Below are positions 1-10,439 of a DNA stretch of 64,000 nucleotides, in pieces. The stretch covers positions 47,320 to 111,319 of the forward strand of contig JAZOWE010000006.1 of assembly GCA_045659085.1 (NCBI GenBank), in the 5' to 3' direction. Under the pieces are notes generated by a model that searched no databases, was not told where the DNA came from, and worked only from the letters and a program-made list of their open reading frames with translations. A program made the translations under genes and the position numbers. Position 1 is the stretch's first letter. The number at the start of each line of letters is the position of its first letter. Source of the stretch: Tidjanibacter sp. (lineage in GTDB: Bacteria > Bacteroidota > Bacteroidia > Bacteroidales > Rikenellaceae).

Positions 1-87
1 TTTCAATGTTTACAACATTGAGAGAGCAAAAAAAGCGAGGGCTCGCAGACACCCCTGCAAGCCCTCGTCACAACGCCACAAATGCCC

Positions 88-342
88 TCACAAAACTTTC
101 GATTCCAAAGCCCTTGCGAGCTGGTCGGGACACGATGTGCCTTTGCCCCTGCAATCGATGCCGCGCAAGATGGCAACAACCTCCTTTGCGGGGCGGCCCT
201 TGACGAGTGCTGCAACAGCCTGAGTATTGCCGTGGCAACCACCCCAAATGGTCACATTTTCGACCACCCCGTCGTCGCCCACAACAATGTCGAACTGACG
301 CGAACAAACTCCCTGTGGAAAATATGTAAAACTCTTACTCAT
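88..342 (-). CDS. TSCPD-domain small protein (TIGR03905-like)
   Basis: 84 aa; N-terminal GVCS, GGCHGN and C-terminal CRGKGTSCPDQLA motifs. Confidence 0.85.
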   Translation of the reverse strand: MSKSFTYFPQGVCSRQFDIVVGDDGVVENVTIWGGCHGNTQAVAALVKGRPAKEVVAILRGIDCRGKGTSCPDQLARALESKVL

Positions 343-348
343 AGTATT

Positions 349-951
349 TTAGAAATTATAATAAACACCCAGATTCACAAATCCCTTTGCGCCCCAACCG
401 GCCTCCAAGAAACCGCCCAAGTCGCCTCCATAGGAGAGGCTCAGGGGATAGAGATTGACCATAGGTATAACGCCCACCTGATTGTTGGTCTCTTCGGGTG
501 TCTTTTGGCTGCTAATGAGCATCATCACGCCCGCGCCCCACGAACCATACATTGAGAACTTGCCCATCGAAAAATAGCGCGTCTGAGCAGCGAAGCAGAG
601 TGTCGGGTAGAGCGCTTTGGCACTTTTATTTACAGCTCCCGTCGCCACAAATTTAGACTCAAAACGCGCATATCCCAGCGCGAGTGAGCCACCCAACGCC
701 AGCCAATCGTTTATGCCGCAATATACCTCCACATTAGGATTGAGCAGAGGGACAAACTCCTGATGTTTAACGCCTTCGGCAGTATCTATGGAGCCAAGTC
801 CTGCAACCAAAGAGCCAAAAAAATCGGGCAGCGAGAACCACCCCACGCCACCTTTAACGCTCCACTCTCCGCGCTGCTGCGCCACGACTGAGTGCGAAGT
901 TCCGAGCATCACACCCGCCATCATCAAAAAAGCAAAAAATCGTTTCATCAC
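349..951 (-). CDS. outer-membrane beta-barrel protein
   Basis: Signal peptide, amphipathic beta strands, C-terminal aromatic signature VYYNF. Confidence 0.7.
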   Translation of the reverse strand: MMKRFFAFLMMAGVMLGTSHSVVAQQRGEWSVKGGVGWFSLPDFFGSLVAGLGSIDTAEGVKHQEFVPLLNPNVEVYCGINDWLALGGSLALGYARFESKFVATGAVNKSAKALYPTLCFAAQTRYFSMGKFSMYGSWGAGVMMLISSQKTPEETNNQVGVIPMVNLYPLSLSYGGDLGGFLEAGWGAKGFVNLGVYYNF

Positions 952-989
952 TCGTGCTGTTTAGGGTTAGAAACTTAGTGTAATCATTA

Positions 990-997
990 CAAATATA
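990..997 (-). promoter_or_regulatory. Bacteroidetes sigmaA -7 element (TATATTTG)
   Basis: caaatata on + = TAnnTTTG on -, about 40 nt upstream of the OMP start. Confidence 0.6.
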
Positions 998-1094
998 TGA
1001 ATTTTTCCGAGAACACAAACTTTCACACTCCAAAAACCACCCCGAATGAGCATTTGCTGCACTGTTGAGCGACTGCGGGTACGGAGCACCCGAG

Positions 1095-2078
1095 GGAATT
1101 GAAAATGGAAAATTTAGGTGCGCCTGTTGCGCAGTCAACCGTCGACCGCCTACCGACAAATTACCACCTATATTCGCGGGTATCTTTTTTAATACCCGAG
1201 AGGGTTGGGGGCATCTCTTTATAAGTAAGGAGGGTTTCCTCCCTCGTTCTCGGGTATCTTTTTTAATACCCGAGAGGGTTGGGGGCATCTCTTTATAAGT
1301 AAGGAGGGTTTCCTCCCTCGTTCATGGGTATCTTTTTTAATACCCGAGAGGGTTGGGCATTCCTCTCTCTTTTTAGATAGTTCCCCTCCTTTGATCACGG
1401 GTATCTTTTTTAATACCCGTGAACAAGGGAGGGGTGAGGTAGGGGGCAAGAGAAACAGGGGTGACAGGAGTGACAGGAGAAACAAGAGAAACAAGAGAAA
1501 CAAGAATCCTGTCTTTCCTGTTCTCCCTGTTTTTCCTATCTTTCTTGTCTTTTCCGTCTTTCCTCTCGGGCGCCCCGCGCCCGCAGTCGGTTGACGGTAG
1601 GCGGTCATCGACAGACAAAAAAACACAGAGAGCGGAGGAAATTTTGTGCCAAACAAGAAGGCGAGTCCGCGGTTTGCCAAGAATTGGTAGAGGTCAAAAA
1701 GGAATGATATCGTGGAGGGAATTTTTTGCGAAATAAGAAAGCGGCTCCGCAGTTTGCTTGACGCAAATGAGGGGTTTCAACAGCAAAACAAGCCACCTTA
1801 GAACAAAAAACGCAGAGAATTTGGCTATTTGCAATAGTAGAGGTTAAAAAAGGAATGATATCGTGGAGGGAATTTTTTGCGAAATAAGAAAGCGGCTCCA
1901 CAGTTTGCTTGACGCAAATGAGGGGTTTCAACAGCAAAACAAGCCACCTTAGAACAAAAAACGCAGAGAATTTGGCGAGTTTTAGGCGCACAAGAAAATC
2001 CCCTTCGCAGTTTACTAAGCGTAAATGAGAAGGGGATTTATCGCAGTGCAACGACAAAATCGTCAATTATATGCGTTT
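1095..2078. repeat. mosaic intergenic repeat island
   Basis: About 4 units of 73-74 bp containing GGGTATC-T6-AATACCC (1177-1425), inverted 9-mer arms (1445-1560), a 151-bp tandem duplication (1689-1976) and three TTTRC-N5-GYAAA cores. Confidence 0.9.
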
Positions 2079-4877
2079 TTACTTCTTTTTAACCTCTACC
2101 TGGTCGTAGGACTCAATAATATCTCCAATCTTAATATCGTTGTAGGACTCGATGTTAAGACCGCACTCCATATTGAGTGTCACCTCCTTAGCGTCGTCCT
2201 TGAAGCGTTTGAGCGAGCCAAGACGACCGGTGTAGATAACGATACCGTCGCGAATCACGCGGATAGGCGCGGTGCGGGTAATTTTACCCTCGCGCACAAT
2301 ACCACCGGCGATAGTACCCACCTTGCTGATTTTGAAGGTTTCGAGCACCTCAACAGTACCCATAATCTCCTCCTTCATCTCGGGCTCCAACATACCCTCA
2401 ATTGCGTCCTTAATATCGTTGATGGCATCGTAGATGATGGAGTAGAGACGAATCTCGATGGCCTCATTCTCGGCAATCTTGCGAGCGCCTGCCGAGGGAC
2501 GCACCTGGAAGCCCACAATTACGGCATTGGAGGCAGCTGCGAGGAGCACATCGCCCTCGGTAATCTGGCCCACAGCCTTGTGGATGACATTCACCTGTAC
2601 GGTCTCGGTGGAGAGTTTGAGGAGCGAGTCGGTCATAGCCTCAATCGAGCCGTCCACATCGCCCTTAACGATGATGTTGAGCTCCTTGAAGTTACCGATA
2701 GCGATACGGCGACCAATCTCATCGAGGGTAACATGTTTCTGTGTCTTGATACCCTGAATACGCTGCAACTGCTCGCGCTTGGTTGCAATTTCGCGTGCGC
2801 TCCTATCGTCGTCCATCACATTGATTTTATCGCCTGCCTGTGGTGCGCCATTCAGACCGAGCACCTGTACGGGGGTTGCGGGACCTGCGGCAGCCACCTT
2901 CTGACCGTGCTCATTGAACATAGCCTTCACACGACCTGTGTGCGTACCCGAGAGGATAACATCGCCTGTGCGGAGCGTACCATTCTCAACGAGGACTGTT
3001 GCCACATAACCGCGGCCCTTGTCGAGCGACGACTCGATAACCGAGCCGACAGCTTTCTTGTTGGGGTTGGCTTTAAGGTCGAGGAGTTCGGCCTCCAAGA
3101 GCACCTTCTCCAAGAGTTTGTCGAGGTTAATACCCTGCTTTGCCGAGATCTCCTGCGACTGATACTTGCCGCCCCAATCCTCCACGAGGTAGTTCATATT
3201 GGCGAGCTGCTCTTTGATAGCGTCGGGGTTGGCGGAGGGTTTGTCAATCTTGTTGATTGCGAAGACCATAGGCACTCCTGCTGCCACTGCGTGGTTGATA
3301 GCCTCAACGGTCTGGGGCATAACCTTGTCGTCGGCAGCCACAATGATAATTGCCACATCGGTCACCTGAGCACCACGCGCACGCATCGCCGTGAAGGCCT
3401 CGTGACCGGGGGTATCGAGGAAGGTGATGGTCTTACCCTCATACTTCACGCTGTAAGCACCGATGTGCTGGGTGATACCACCCGCCTCGCCGGCGATAAC
3501 ATTGGTCTTGCGGATGTTGTCCAGCAGCGAAGTCTTACCGTGGTCCACATGGCCCATAACGGTAACAATGGGTGGACGAGCCACGAGGTCCTCCTCTTTG
3601 TCGGCGACATCCTCAATAGCCTCCTGAATCTCCACGCTCACAAACTCCACCTTGAAGCCATACTCCTCGGCAACAATAACGAGGGCCTCGGCGTCGAGAC
3701 GCTGGTTGATGGACACCATAAGGCCGAGGTTCATACAGGTTGTGATAACATCCGTAACGCTCACATTCATCATTGTTGCGAGGTCGCTAACGGTTACAAA
3801 CTCGGTGAGTTTGAGAATCTTGCTCTCGCTCATCGACTGTTCAAATTCGGCCTCCATACGCTCTGCCACAGCCTGGCGTTTCTCCTTGCGGTGAACCGAG
3901 CCTTTGCTCTTACCACCCTTGGCCGTGAGCCTTGCGAGGGTATCCTTAATCTGTTTCTGCACCTCCTCATCGCTCACCTCGGGGCGAACCACAGGCTTGG
4001 GTGCATTCTTTTGTTTGTTCTTCTTATCCTTCTTGGAGGTAGGCTGCTGGTTGTTGTTCTGACCACCACCCTGCTGCGATTTACCACCTCCGTGCTGAGG
4101 TTTGGTTACATCAATTTTGTTGTCTTTGATGCGTTTGCGCTTCTCGCGGTGCGAGGGCTCTGCGCCTTTGCGAAGGCTATCGACATCAATCTTACCCAAC
4201 ACCTTGGGGCCCGCAATGTTGTTCTGCTCCAAGCGGAAAACCTCCCTCTCGGCCAGACGCTCATCGTAGGTTTTCTGCTGTGCCTCGGCATCTGCCACGG
4301 GAGCCTTGGGCTCGGCGGGCGCTGCGGGTTTGGGTGCTGCGGGTTTGGGGGTAGCCTTAACCTCGGGCTTAGGCTCGGACTTAACCTCGGGTTTAACCTC
4401 AGGTTTAGGCTCAGGTTTAGGCTCAACTTTGGGTGCAGGTGCTGCCTTAGGTGCAGCGGGTTGCTCGCTCACCTTTTGGGGTTGTTCCTTAGGCTCGGCA
4501 GGCTTTGCGGGAGCCTCCGCCTTGGGTGCACTCTTGGGTTCGAGGTCAATCTTACCCAAAACTTTGGGCTGTGGCACCTCGGTGCGGATGAAACTTCCGC
4601 TCTTGATAACCACCTCCTGCTCTTCGGACTTGTGCTCCTTCTTGTCGCCCAACGACACACTCTCCTGTTTGAGGTTCATGCGCTCGCGGACATTGGCCCT
4701 CTCACCTCCGAGGTGATTGCCGCCAAACTCTTTCTCCAACAAAGCATAGACATCGCTCTCCACCAAAGTGTTGGGCGCAATATCCTTAATACCCTTTTTT
4801 TCGAGAAAGTCGGTAATGGTACCCAGACCAACCTTAAACTCTCTTGCAACCTGTACGAGTCTCAGTTTTTTCTCCAT
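2079..4877 (-). CDS. infB: translation initiation factor IF-2
   Basis: [16 protein letters not shown] and NKID G-domain motifs; lies downstream of nusA. Confidence 0.99.
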   Translation of the reverse strand: MEKKLRLVQVAREFKVGLGTITDFLEKKGIKDIAPNTLVESDVYALLEKEFGGNHLGGERANVRERMNLKQESVSLGDKKEHKSEEQEVVIKSGSFIRTEVPQPKVLGKIDLEPKSAPKAEAPAKPAEPKEQPQKVSEQPAAPKAAPAPKVEPKPEPKPEVKPEVKSEPKPEVKATPKPAAPKPAAPAEPKAPVADAEAQQKTYDERLAEREVFRLEQNNIAGPKVLGKIDVDSLRKGAEPSHREKRKRIKDNKIDVTKPQHGGGKSQQGGGQNNNQQPTSKKDKKNKQKNAPKPVVRPEVSDEEVQKQIKDTLARLTAKGGKSKGSVHRKEKRQAVAERMEAEFEQSMSESKILKLTEFVTVSDLATMMNVSVTDVITTCMNLGLMVSINQRLDAEALVIVAEEYGFKVEFVSVEIQEAIEDVADKEEDLVARPPIVTVMGHVDHGKTSLLDNIRKTNVIAGEAGGITQHIGAYSVKYEGKTITFLDTPGHEAFTAMRARGAQVTDVAIIIVAADDKVMPQTVEAINHAVAAGVPMVFAINKIDKPSANPDAIKEQLANMNYLVEDWGGKYQSQEISAKQGINLDKLLEKVLLEAELLDLKANPNKKAVGSVIESSLDKGRGYVATVLVENGTLRTGDVILSGTHTGRVKAMFNEHGQKVAAAGPATPVQVLGLNGAPQAGDKINVMDDDRSAREIATKREQLQRIQGIKTQKHVTLDEIGRRIAIGNFKELNIIVKGDVDGSIEAMTDSLLKLSTETVQVNVIHKAVGQITEGDVLLAAASNAVIVGFQVRPSAGARKIAENEAIEIRLYSIIYDAINDIKDAIEGMLEPEMKEEIMGTVEVLETFKISKVGTIAGGIVREGKITRTAPIRVIRDGIVIYTGRLGSLKRFKDDAKEVTLNMECGLNIESYNDIKIGDIIESYDQVEVKKK

Positions 4878-4914
4878 TTGTTTCTATTTTATTTGTTATT
4901 TCTTTTTCTTTCTT

Positions 4915-5318
4915 CTCCGCTTTTTGTAAAAAGCGGAACCAAAAACTTTTAGTGTAGCCACCACTCTGTGGTGCTATCCACCGACTTGCTTCGGAGCCAT
5001 CCTCACAATCGCGTCACCCTGACGCCTTTTTGTAAAAAGCGGAACCAAAAACTTTTAGGCGATACTGCGTATCGCTTACTTAAATTGAAAATTGACAATG
5101 GAAAATGGAAAATTAAGGTGCTCCCTTTGGTCGCAGTTTTATATTCGTGCCGAAGGCACACCACAACTTTCAATTTTCAATTTTCAATTCCCTACGCGAG
5201 TGCATATCGCGAGGCGAGTTCAAGGCTTGGTTTCGATTTTGCTCCGCAGTTTACTAGCGGTAAATGAGGAAGCAAAATCGAAAGCATAACGCCGAAAACA
5301 CCCGCAAGATGCAGTAAA
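4915..5318. repeat. composite repeat between nusA and infB
   Basis: Two CTTTTT-GT-AAAAAG palindromes, inverted GAAAAT(T/G) arms (5081-5190) and a 120-bp GCGAGTGCATATCGCG element that recurs at 61769. Confidence 0.85.
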
Positions 5319-6542
5319 TTACTCGAATTCGGCACGGAGGATACGAACAACCTCCTCAATAGTCTCCTCCTCCAAGTCGGTACGCTTTGCAAGCTCCGCG
5401 TTGGAGAGTTCGAGCACGCTCTTGGCGGTGTCGCAACCAATGCGTTTGAAGGCGTCGATAATCCACTGTTCAATCTCGTCGTTGAACTCGTCGAGATCGA
5501 CATCCTCCTCGTCGGCATCGCGGAATACATCGATGTCGTAGCCCGAGAGCATCGACGCAAGGCGGATGTTAAGACCACCCTTACCGATAGCGAGCGACAC
5601 CTCGCTGGGTTTGAGGTATACCGACGCGGTCTTCTTGGCCTCGTCGAGTGAGATGGAGGTAATCTTTGCGGGGTTGAGTGCGCGCTGGATGAGGAGTGTG
5701 GTGTTTGCTGTCCAGTTTACGACATCGATATTCTCGTTCTTCAACTCCTTAACGATGGAGTAGATACGCGAGCCCTTAACACCCACACAAGCACCTACGG
5801 GGTCGATGCGGTCGTCGTACGACTCCACAGCGACCTTGGCCCTCTCGCCGGGGATGCGGACAATTTTCTTGATGGTGATAAGGCCGTCGAAAATCTCGGG
5901 CACCTCTGCCTCAAAGAGTTTCTGCAAGAACTCGGGGGCAGTACGCGACAAGATGATAACGGGAGTATTGTTGCGCATCTCAACCTTCGAAACAATAGCT
6001 TTGATGTTGTCGCCCTTGCGGAAGAAATCGCTGGGAATCTGCTCTGCCTTGGGCATTACGAGTTCGTTACCCTCATCGTCGAGCACCAAAATCTCCTTCT
6101 TCCACACCTGATAGACCTCGCCACTGATAATGTCGCCTACCCTCTCGCTATATTTCTCAAAGAGGTTTGCTTTCTCCAAGTCGAGGATGCGCGATGCGAG
6201 GTTCTGACGGAGCGAGAGCACTGCACGACGGCCAAACGAAGCCATCTCAATCTGGTCCGACACCTCTTCGCCCACCTCGTAGGTAGCGTCGAGTTTGCGT
6301 GCCTCACTGAGGGCAATCTGCTGGTTGGGATTCTCCACGGCGCCATCCTCCACGATGATACGGTTGCGCCAAATCTCCAAGTCGCCCTTTTCGGGGTTGA
6401 TGATGACATCGAAGTTTTCGTCTGTCTCGTAGGTTTTTTGGAGGTGGTGGCGGAAAACATCCTCCAACACACCAATCATTGTACTTTTGTCGATGTTTTT
6501 AAGCTCCTTAAACTCGGCAAAATTGCTAATCAAATTCTCCAT
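5319..6542 (-). CDS. nusA: transcription termination factor NusA
   Basis: S1/KH motifs (IDPVGACVGVKGSRI, LAIGKGGLNIRLA). Confidence 0.99.
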   Translation of the reverse strand: MENLISNFAEFKELKNIDKSTMIGVLEDVFRHHLQKTYETDENFDVIINPEKGDLEIWRNRIIVEDGAVENPNQQIALSEARKLDATYEVGEEVSDQIEMASFGRRAVLSLRQNLASRILDLEKANLFEKYSERVGDIISGEVYQVWKKEILVLDDEGNELVMPKAEQIPSDFFRKGDNIKAIVSKVEMRNNTPVIILSRTAPEFLQKLFEAEVPEIFDGLITIKKIVRIPGERAKVAVESYDDRIDPVGACVGVKGSRIYSIVKELKNENIDVVNWTANTTLLIQRALNPAKITSISLDEAKKTASVYLKPSEVSLAIGKGGLNIRLASMLSGYDIDVFRDADEEDVDLDEFNDEIEQWIIDAFKRIGCDTAKSVLELSNAELAKRTDLEEETIEEVVRILRAEFE

Positions 6543-6683
6543 TGTCTTTTGTGTTTTTATATTTTGTTGTTTTTGTTTCGTTATAATAATACCTGATACT
6601 CATGACGAGGTTCAGCGCTATTGACTATTTTTCAACAAATATGTCATTCTTACTTTACCTTCATCATTCATATAAAACTTACC

Positions 6684-7295
6684 TTATTCATCCTTAATAT
6701 CAAGATTGACTTTATCCTCATATCTACCATATTCCTCCAAACCCTCTTCTCCATCGAAGTAGTAACCATACTCGGTTGTCAGAACAATTTTTCGCGTTGT
6801 TAAGTATTTGTTGCTATTGGGCGCATAAAATCTCAAATAAAACTCACAATTCCCCTTTTCTCCTTCGAAGGCAACAGCTGTTGTTGTGTACCACACATCC
6901 CCAACATGCCGCCCGACATCTATATTGGCAGAAAGAACAACAAACGCTCCCTCCCAATCATTGTGTTTTTCGGATAACCGAATCTTCGTATCCCCAACAC
7001 AATCAATCCAACAATAGACTTTTTCGCTATGTGGATTGAAGTTGCAGGTTAAATAAGGTTGATAAAAACCCACAACATAGGAATACAAACTATTCTCTTC
7101 ATTGTCGGTCATCCAGTAGCGCTGAAACGACTCACACTCTCGTTCATCAATCTCAGACAACAACATCATGTCGACCAACTCATACTCCGTATTGCTATCT
7201 GGACAAGGGTATGTTGCATCAATTGTAGGTTGCTCACACGCCACAAGCGACATTACAAATAACACAACAGACTTAACCAACAATCTTTGAATCAT
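6684..7295 (-). CDS. hypothetical lipoprotein (AT-rich insertion)
   Basis: 203-aa ORF with lipobox-like LVAC; visibly more AT-rich than flanking genes. Confidence 0.7.
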   Translation of the reverse strand: MIQRLLVKSVVLFVMSLVACEQPTIDATYPCPDSNTEYELVDMMLLSEIDERECESFQRYWMTDNEENSLYSYVVGFYQPYLTCNFNPHSEKVYCWIDCVGDTKIRLSEKHNDWEGAFVVLSANIDVGRHVGDVWYTTTAVAFEGEKGNCEFYLRFYAPNSNKYLTTRKIVLTTEYGYYFDGEEGLEEYGRYEDKVNLDIKDE

Positions 7296-7334
7296 ACCGC
7301 TCTCTTATTGCAATATCCAACACTCCACAGGGCA

Positions 7335-7559
7335 CTCCTTAAGTTTCCATTTTCAATTCCACTCCGCGAGTGGGTTTTGCGGAGGGGATTTTTGCGCCCC
7401 TCAACCCCGCAAGATGTGCTCGCAAGGCACACTCGAAGCGAGTGCATATCGCGGAGCAGATGCAAGGCTTGCGTAGCGCGAGAAAGCGGAGTTTACTCAA
7501 AGTAAATGAGCATTTCGAGCGCAAGCGTAACGCAGCAGATGCCCGTGAGATGCGCTCGC
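7335..7559. repeat. GCGAGTGCATATCGCG / TTTAC-N5-GTAAA repeat element
   Basis: Close to the copy at 36110-36229; ends at the rimP stop codon. Confidence 0.85.
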
Positions 7560-8024
7560 CTAATGAAAGTCGAGATATTCCTTCACCCACTTAATCTGCG
7601 AGAACAAGTGGAACTCCTCAACCTCCACCTCGACTTTGCGTTTCTTGCCCTCCACAAGGCGACGCTCCGTGTAGGAGAGTGTAATACCCTCGGGCGACAC
7701 CTCTTTGAGCGTTGCGAGCATCTTCACGCCGTTCACGAGCAGCACCTCGACACTCTCGCCCACGAGTTTGTAGTATTGGCGTAGCAGTTTCAGGGGTTGT
7801 CCCACGCCTGCCGAAAATACCGAGAGTTCGTAGTCTTCAACCTCCCTGTCAAAAGCCTCTTCGATTTTGCGGCTCAGCTCCACGCAGGCGTCCAAATCGA
7901 CACTGCTGTCGGCATCAATCACCACCTCAATCTCGTTTGCGGGCGAACATTTCACATCGACCACAAAGCGGTCTGTTCCGTCGAGGGCGGCCTCTGCCAC
8001 CTCCCTAATTTTTGCTACATCCAT
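7560..8024 (-). CDS. rimP: ribosome maturation factor RimP
   Basis: LDACVELSRKIEEAFDRE, YELSVFSAGVGQPLK; first gene of rimP-nusA-infB; start set at MDVAKI. Confidence 0.95.
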   Translation of the reverse strand: MDVAKIREVAEAALDGTDRFVVDVKCSPANEIEVVIDADSSVDLDACVELSRKIEEAFDREVEDYELSVFSAGVGQPLKLLRQYYKLVGESVEVLLVNGVKMLATLKEVSPEGITLSYTERRLVEGKKRKVEVEVEEFHLFSQIKWVKEYLDFH

Positions 8025-8060
8025 CTCTTTCAGCGTTATACTTACCATTATACTACGAAA

Positions 8061-8085
8061 TTCGGGGACTCATCTGGTCCCCGAA
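8061..8085. promoter_or_regulatory. hairpin in the rimP 5' leader
   Basis: ttcggggac-tcatctg-gtccccgaa perfect 9-bp stem. Confidence 0.5.
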
Positions 8086-8102
8086 CATCGTTTTCGTTGG
8101 TG

Positions 8103-8110
8103 CAAATATA
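8103..8110 (-). promoter_or_regulatory. -7 promoter element of the rimP operon
   Basis: TATATTTG on - strand. Confidence 0.65.
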
Positions 8111-8162
8111 CGACATTATGTCGAAACTGCAAATTTTTAATATATAAATATAGGTTACGGGC

Positions 8163-8579
8163 CTATTTTGTGTTGCCGAAGAGCGAGCCGAGGCGTGTTT
8201 TGAGCAGCGCAACGACATCTCCAAAACGGCTCTCTCCCGTGATTGTGGTGGCGTTTTCGAGATAGCTCCAAAACTCCACACCACACACAAAACCCGTAAA
8301 GAGGTTGGCCAGACGCAGATTGACGAGTGGCATCAGCAGCGAGTCGAGCATCCAGGCGAGCATAATGCCCGCCATTACGAACGACAGTTTTGTGATTGTG
8401 CGCCACGCCTTACGACTCGTAAAGCGCCACTCGGAGCCCCGAGCGCGTGCCTTGTGGCGGTCGGCAAGTATGCCGGTCAGGAAGTCGACAGCAATGAAAG
8501 CGAGTGCAATAAGTAGCAGAGGCTCTACCGGGGCGAAAAACGACAGCACCCCGGCAATGATTCCGGAAATATACTTCAT
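8163..8579 (-). CDS. phage holin family protein
   Basis: 138 aa with several TM segments; (I)AVDFLTG and VEFWSYLEN motifs typical of the Phage_holin_4_1 class. Confidence 0.8.
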   Translation of the reverse strand: MKYISGIIAGVLSFFAPVEPLLLIALAFIAVDFLTGILADRHKARARGSEWRFTSRKAWRTITKLSFVMAGIMLAWMLDSLLMPLVNLRLANLFTGFVCGVEFWSYLENATTITGESRFGDVVALLKTRLGSLFGNTK

Positions 8580-8581
8580 TA

Positions 8582-8614
8582 GAATTGAAAATTGAAAATT
8601 GAAAATTGAAAATT
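8582..8614. repeat. (GAAAATT)n heptamer array inside the phage-like operon
   Basis: gaattgaaaattgaaaattgaaaattgaaaatt; same unit as the host intergenic repeats. Confidence 0.85.
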
Positions 8615-8649
8615 ATGGTGCATCTTGGATGCGAATTTTAATTCCCGCG

Positions 8650-9120
8650 CTACATCACCACTCCACCAATGATGCGTCGAGTGAGAGAGAGGGGGTTGTA
8701 GTCGGGGAAGAGGTCGAGGTTGTTGGCCAAAAAGGTTGTGGCGCGAGCGAGGAGTGTGTCGGCCTCTGCCCTAAGGCGTGCCACCACCTTGCGGAGTGTA
8801 GCCTCGTTTACGACCTCGAAGCTCTCTCCCGAGAGTCTTACAACGCCAACCTCTCCCACCCTAACGGCCAGGGTGGGCAGAAGCCGTGCAGCGACATAGA
8901 GTGCGAGGGGTTGTTTGAGGTACTCTTCGACAAACGCACCCCTACTACCATCTTCTTCCTCGGCAGTCAGAGCACCATAGAGTTCCTCGCCGAGTGCGGG
9001 GAGTAGGAAACTCTGCTGTGCGGCAAGTATTGAGTGGGGAGGTATGGCGCTCTCGCCGAGTGTATTGGGCGAGCCAAACGCCAAAGCTACCACCTCCGAT
9101 GGAGAAACAAGTATTTTCAT
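8650..9120 (-). CDS. phage head-tail adaptor-like protein (DUF6712-like)
   Basis: 156 aa, helical, LLPALGEELY motif, directly after the portal. Confidence 0.6.
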   Translation of the reverse strand: MKILVSPSEVVALAFGSPNTLGESAIPPHSILAAQQSFLLPALGEELYGALTAEEEDGSRGAFVEEYLKQPLALYVAARLLPTLAVRVGEVGVVRLSGESFEVVNEATLRKVVARLRAEADTLLARATTFLANNLDLFPDYNPLSLTRRIIGGVVM

Positions 9121-9123
9121 TGT

Positions 9124-10374
9124 TTAGGCTGTTTTAGAGTTGTCTGTTTTTGAAATTTGTGCCAGAAAGATTTGCTGTGCGGGATCGTCGGGGTTGTAAT
9201 CCAAGCCGTCGGCCATACGGGCCTCCCAAACGCGCATATATTCGGGTTTGGAGCGCGAGGGTGGGCGGTTGATGATGTCGAGCGACGAGCCGTTTTCGCC
9301 CAGAATTTCGCCAATCAGCAGTCGTATAGGGTCCAATAGTTCCTCTTGTTCGCCCAGGATCACGGTATTGAGAGCCACCTCCCATTCGTGGAGGATGCGC
9401 TCCGACGAGAAGCCCGTGGCGTAGTCCAGACCGCTGATGCTGCGGAACCACGAGTGAGCCACCACAATATCCGACACCGCCTGTTCGTGCAGCGCCTCCC
9501 AATCACCCTCGTTGGAGGAGGAGATGGGTATGAAGCGCGACGAGTCGCCATCGCCACAATCCTTAACCATAAACATCACCTGTCCGGGTTTGCCTGCAAA
9601 CTTACGCTCGGCCGTTTTCACAAACTCTTCGGCATCTTTCTCGTTGTCCACTCCCCCGTCGAGGAGCATAACACCCGAGAGTTGGAAGGAGTTGTCCAGT
9701 CGCGAGATGTTCCAATTGTCGGTTTTGTAGGCTATGGTCGAAACGCCCAGGCCGGCAATGTAGGGTGGCACGCCATAGTGCGAGAACATTGGTTCGTAGT
9801 CCTTGAAGTGAATGAGCGAGTGGAGGTTGCCATCCTCGCCCTGCTCAAAGAGTGGATAGAGTGGCAGAGATGCGCTCTCGGCAGCCACATAGTGGCTCCA
9901 ATCGTGGTGGAGTATGGCGCGAGTGCCATCTTTGGCGAGTCGGCAGCGCGAGGCGTCTTGGTGGAAGAGTGCGAGGAAGGAGTGCGCCTCGTCGGTCACA
10001 ACCTCCACAAAGGCGTTGCCAAAGAGAGCCTTGTCGAGAGCCAAATAGTTGAGCACCTGACGCAACGACTCGCCACGGGAGTTTGCTCTGGCAATAAAAC
10101 TCTTGGTTCTCACGGCTCTGTCGTCAACAATAAAACCCTTGCCCGAGATGTAGTCTGCCTTGTCGTTGATTATGCGACGATGAATGGTGGCTCGGCGAGC
10201 GAGAAGCGAGAGCGCGTTGGGAAACAGATTGTCGCTTCCCCACTTCCAGAAGTCGCTACCCGCACTCCTCGACGAAGCACTACTGCCAATCGTAATGCCC
10301 ACATCGAGTGGCGATGAGGCAGCTCGCGGAGTGAAAATTTTTGGTTTGTAACTCTTTTTGTTATTATGTTCCAT
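9124..10374 (-). CDS. phage portal protein
   Basis: 416 aa; WGSDNLFPN, HRRIINDKADYISGKGF and YGVPPYIA resemble Bacteroidetes phage portals. Confidence 0.8.
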   Translation of the reverse strand: MEHNNKKSYKPKIFTPRAASSPLDVGITIGSSASSRSAGSDFWKWGSDNLFPNALSLLARRATIHRRIINDKADYISGKGFIVDDRAVRTKSFIARANSRGESLRQVLNYLALDKALFGNAFVEVVTDEAHSFLALFHQDASRCRLAKDGTRAILHHDWSHYVAAESASLPLYPLFEQGEDGNLHSLIHFKDYEPMFSHYGVPPYIAGLGVSTIAYKTDNWNISRLDNSFQLSGVMLLDGGVDNEKDAEEFVKTAERKFAGKPGQVMFMVKDCGDGDSSRFIPISSSNEGDWEALHEQAVSDIVVAHSWFRSISGLDYATGFSSERILHEWEVALNTVILGEQEELLDPIRLLIGEILGENGSSLDIINRPPSRSKPEYMRVWEARMADGLDYNPDDPAQQIFLAQISKTDNSKTA

Positions 10375-10395
10375 AAGAAGTCGGTTTTGGAGATA

Positions 10396-10436
10396 AGGGG
10401 GGTGCCAACGAGATTTGGCCTCCCCCCTCTTTTTTT
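10396..10436. terminator. GC-rich hairpin between the tail-tube-like gene and the portal
   Basis: aggggggtgccaa-cgagat-ttggcctcccccct followed by a T run on +. Confidence 0.55.
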
Positions 10437-10439
10437 GGT

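Noticed and set aside
1177-1425. Possible CRISPR array (palindromic repeat with ~74-bp period)
   Set aside because: The intervening sequences are near-identical rather than unique spacers, the repeat recurs singly elsewhere, and no cas genes are present.
2025-4952. 975-aa + strand ORF, and similar long antisense ORFs at 10702-12216, 18061-19890, 29852-32047, 34265-35896, 36041-37570, 41039-42619, 43975-47433 and 52275-53858
   Set aside because: Shadow ORFs opposite clear genes. They have no motifs and are expected from biased codon usage.
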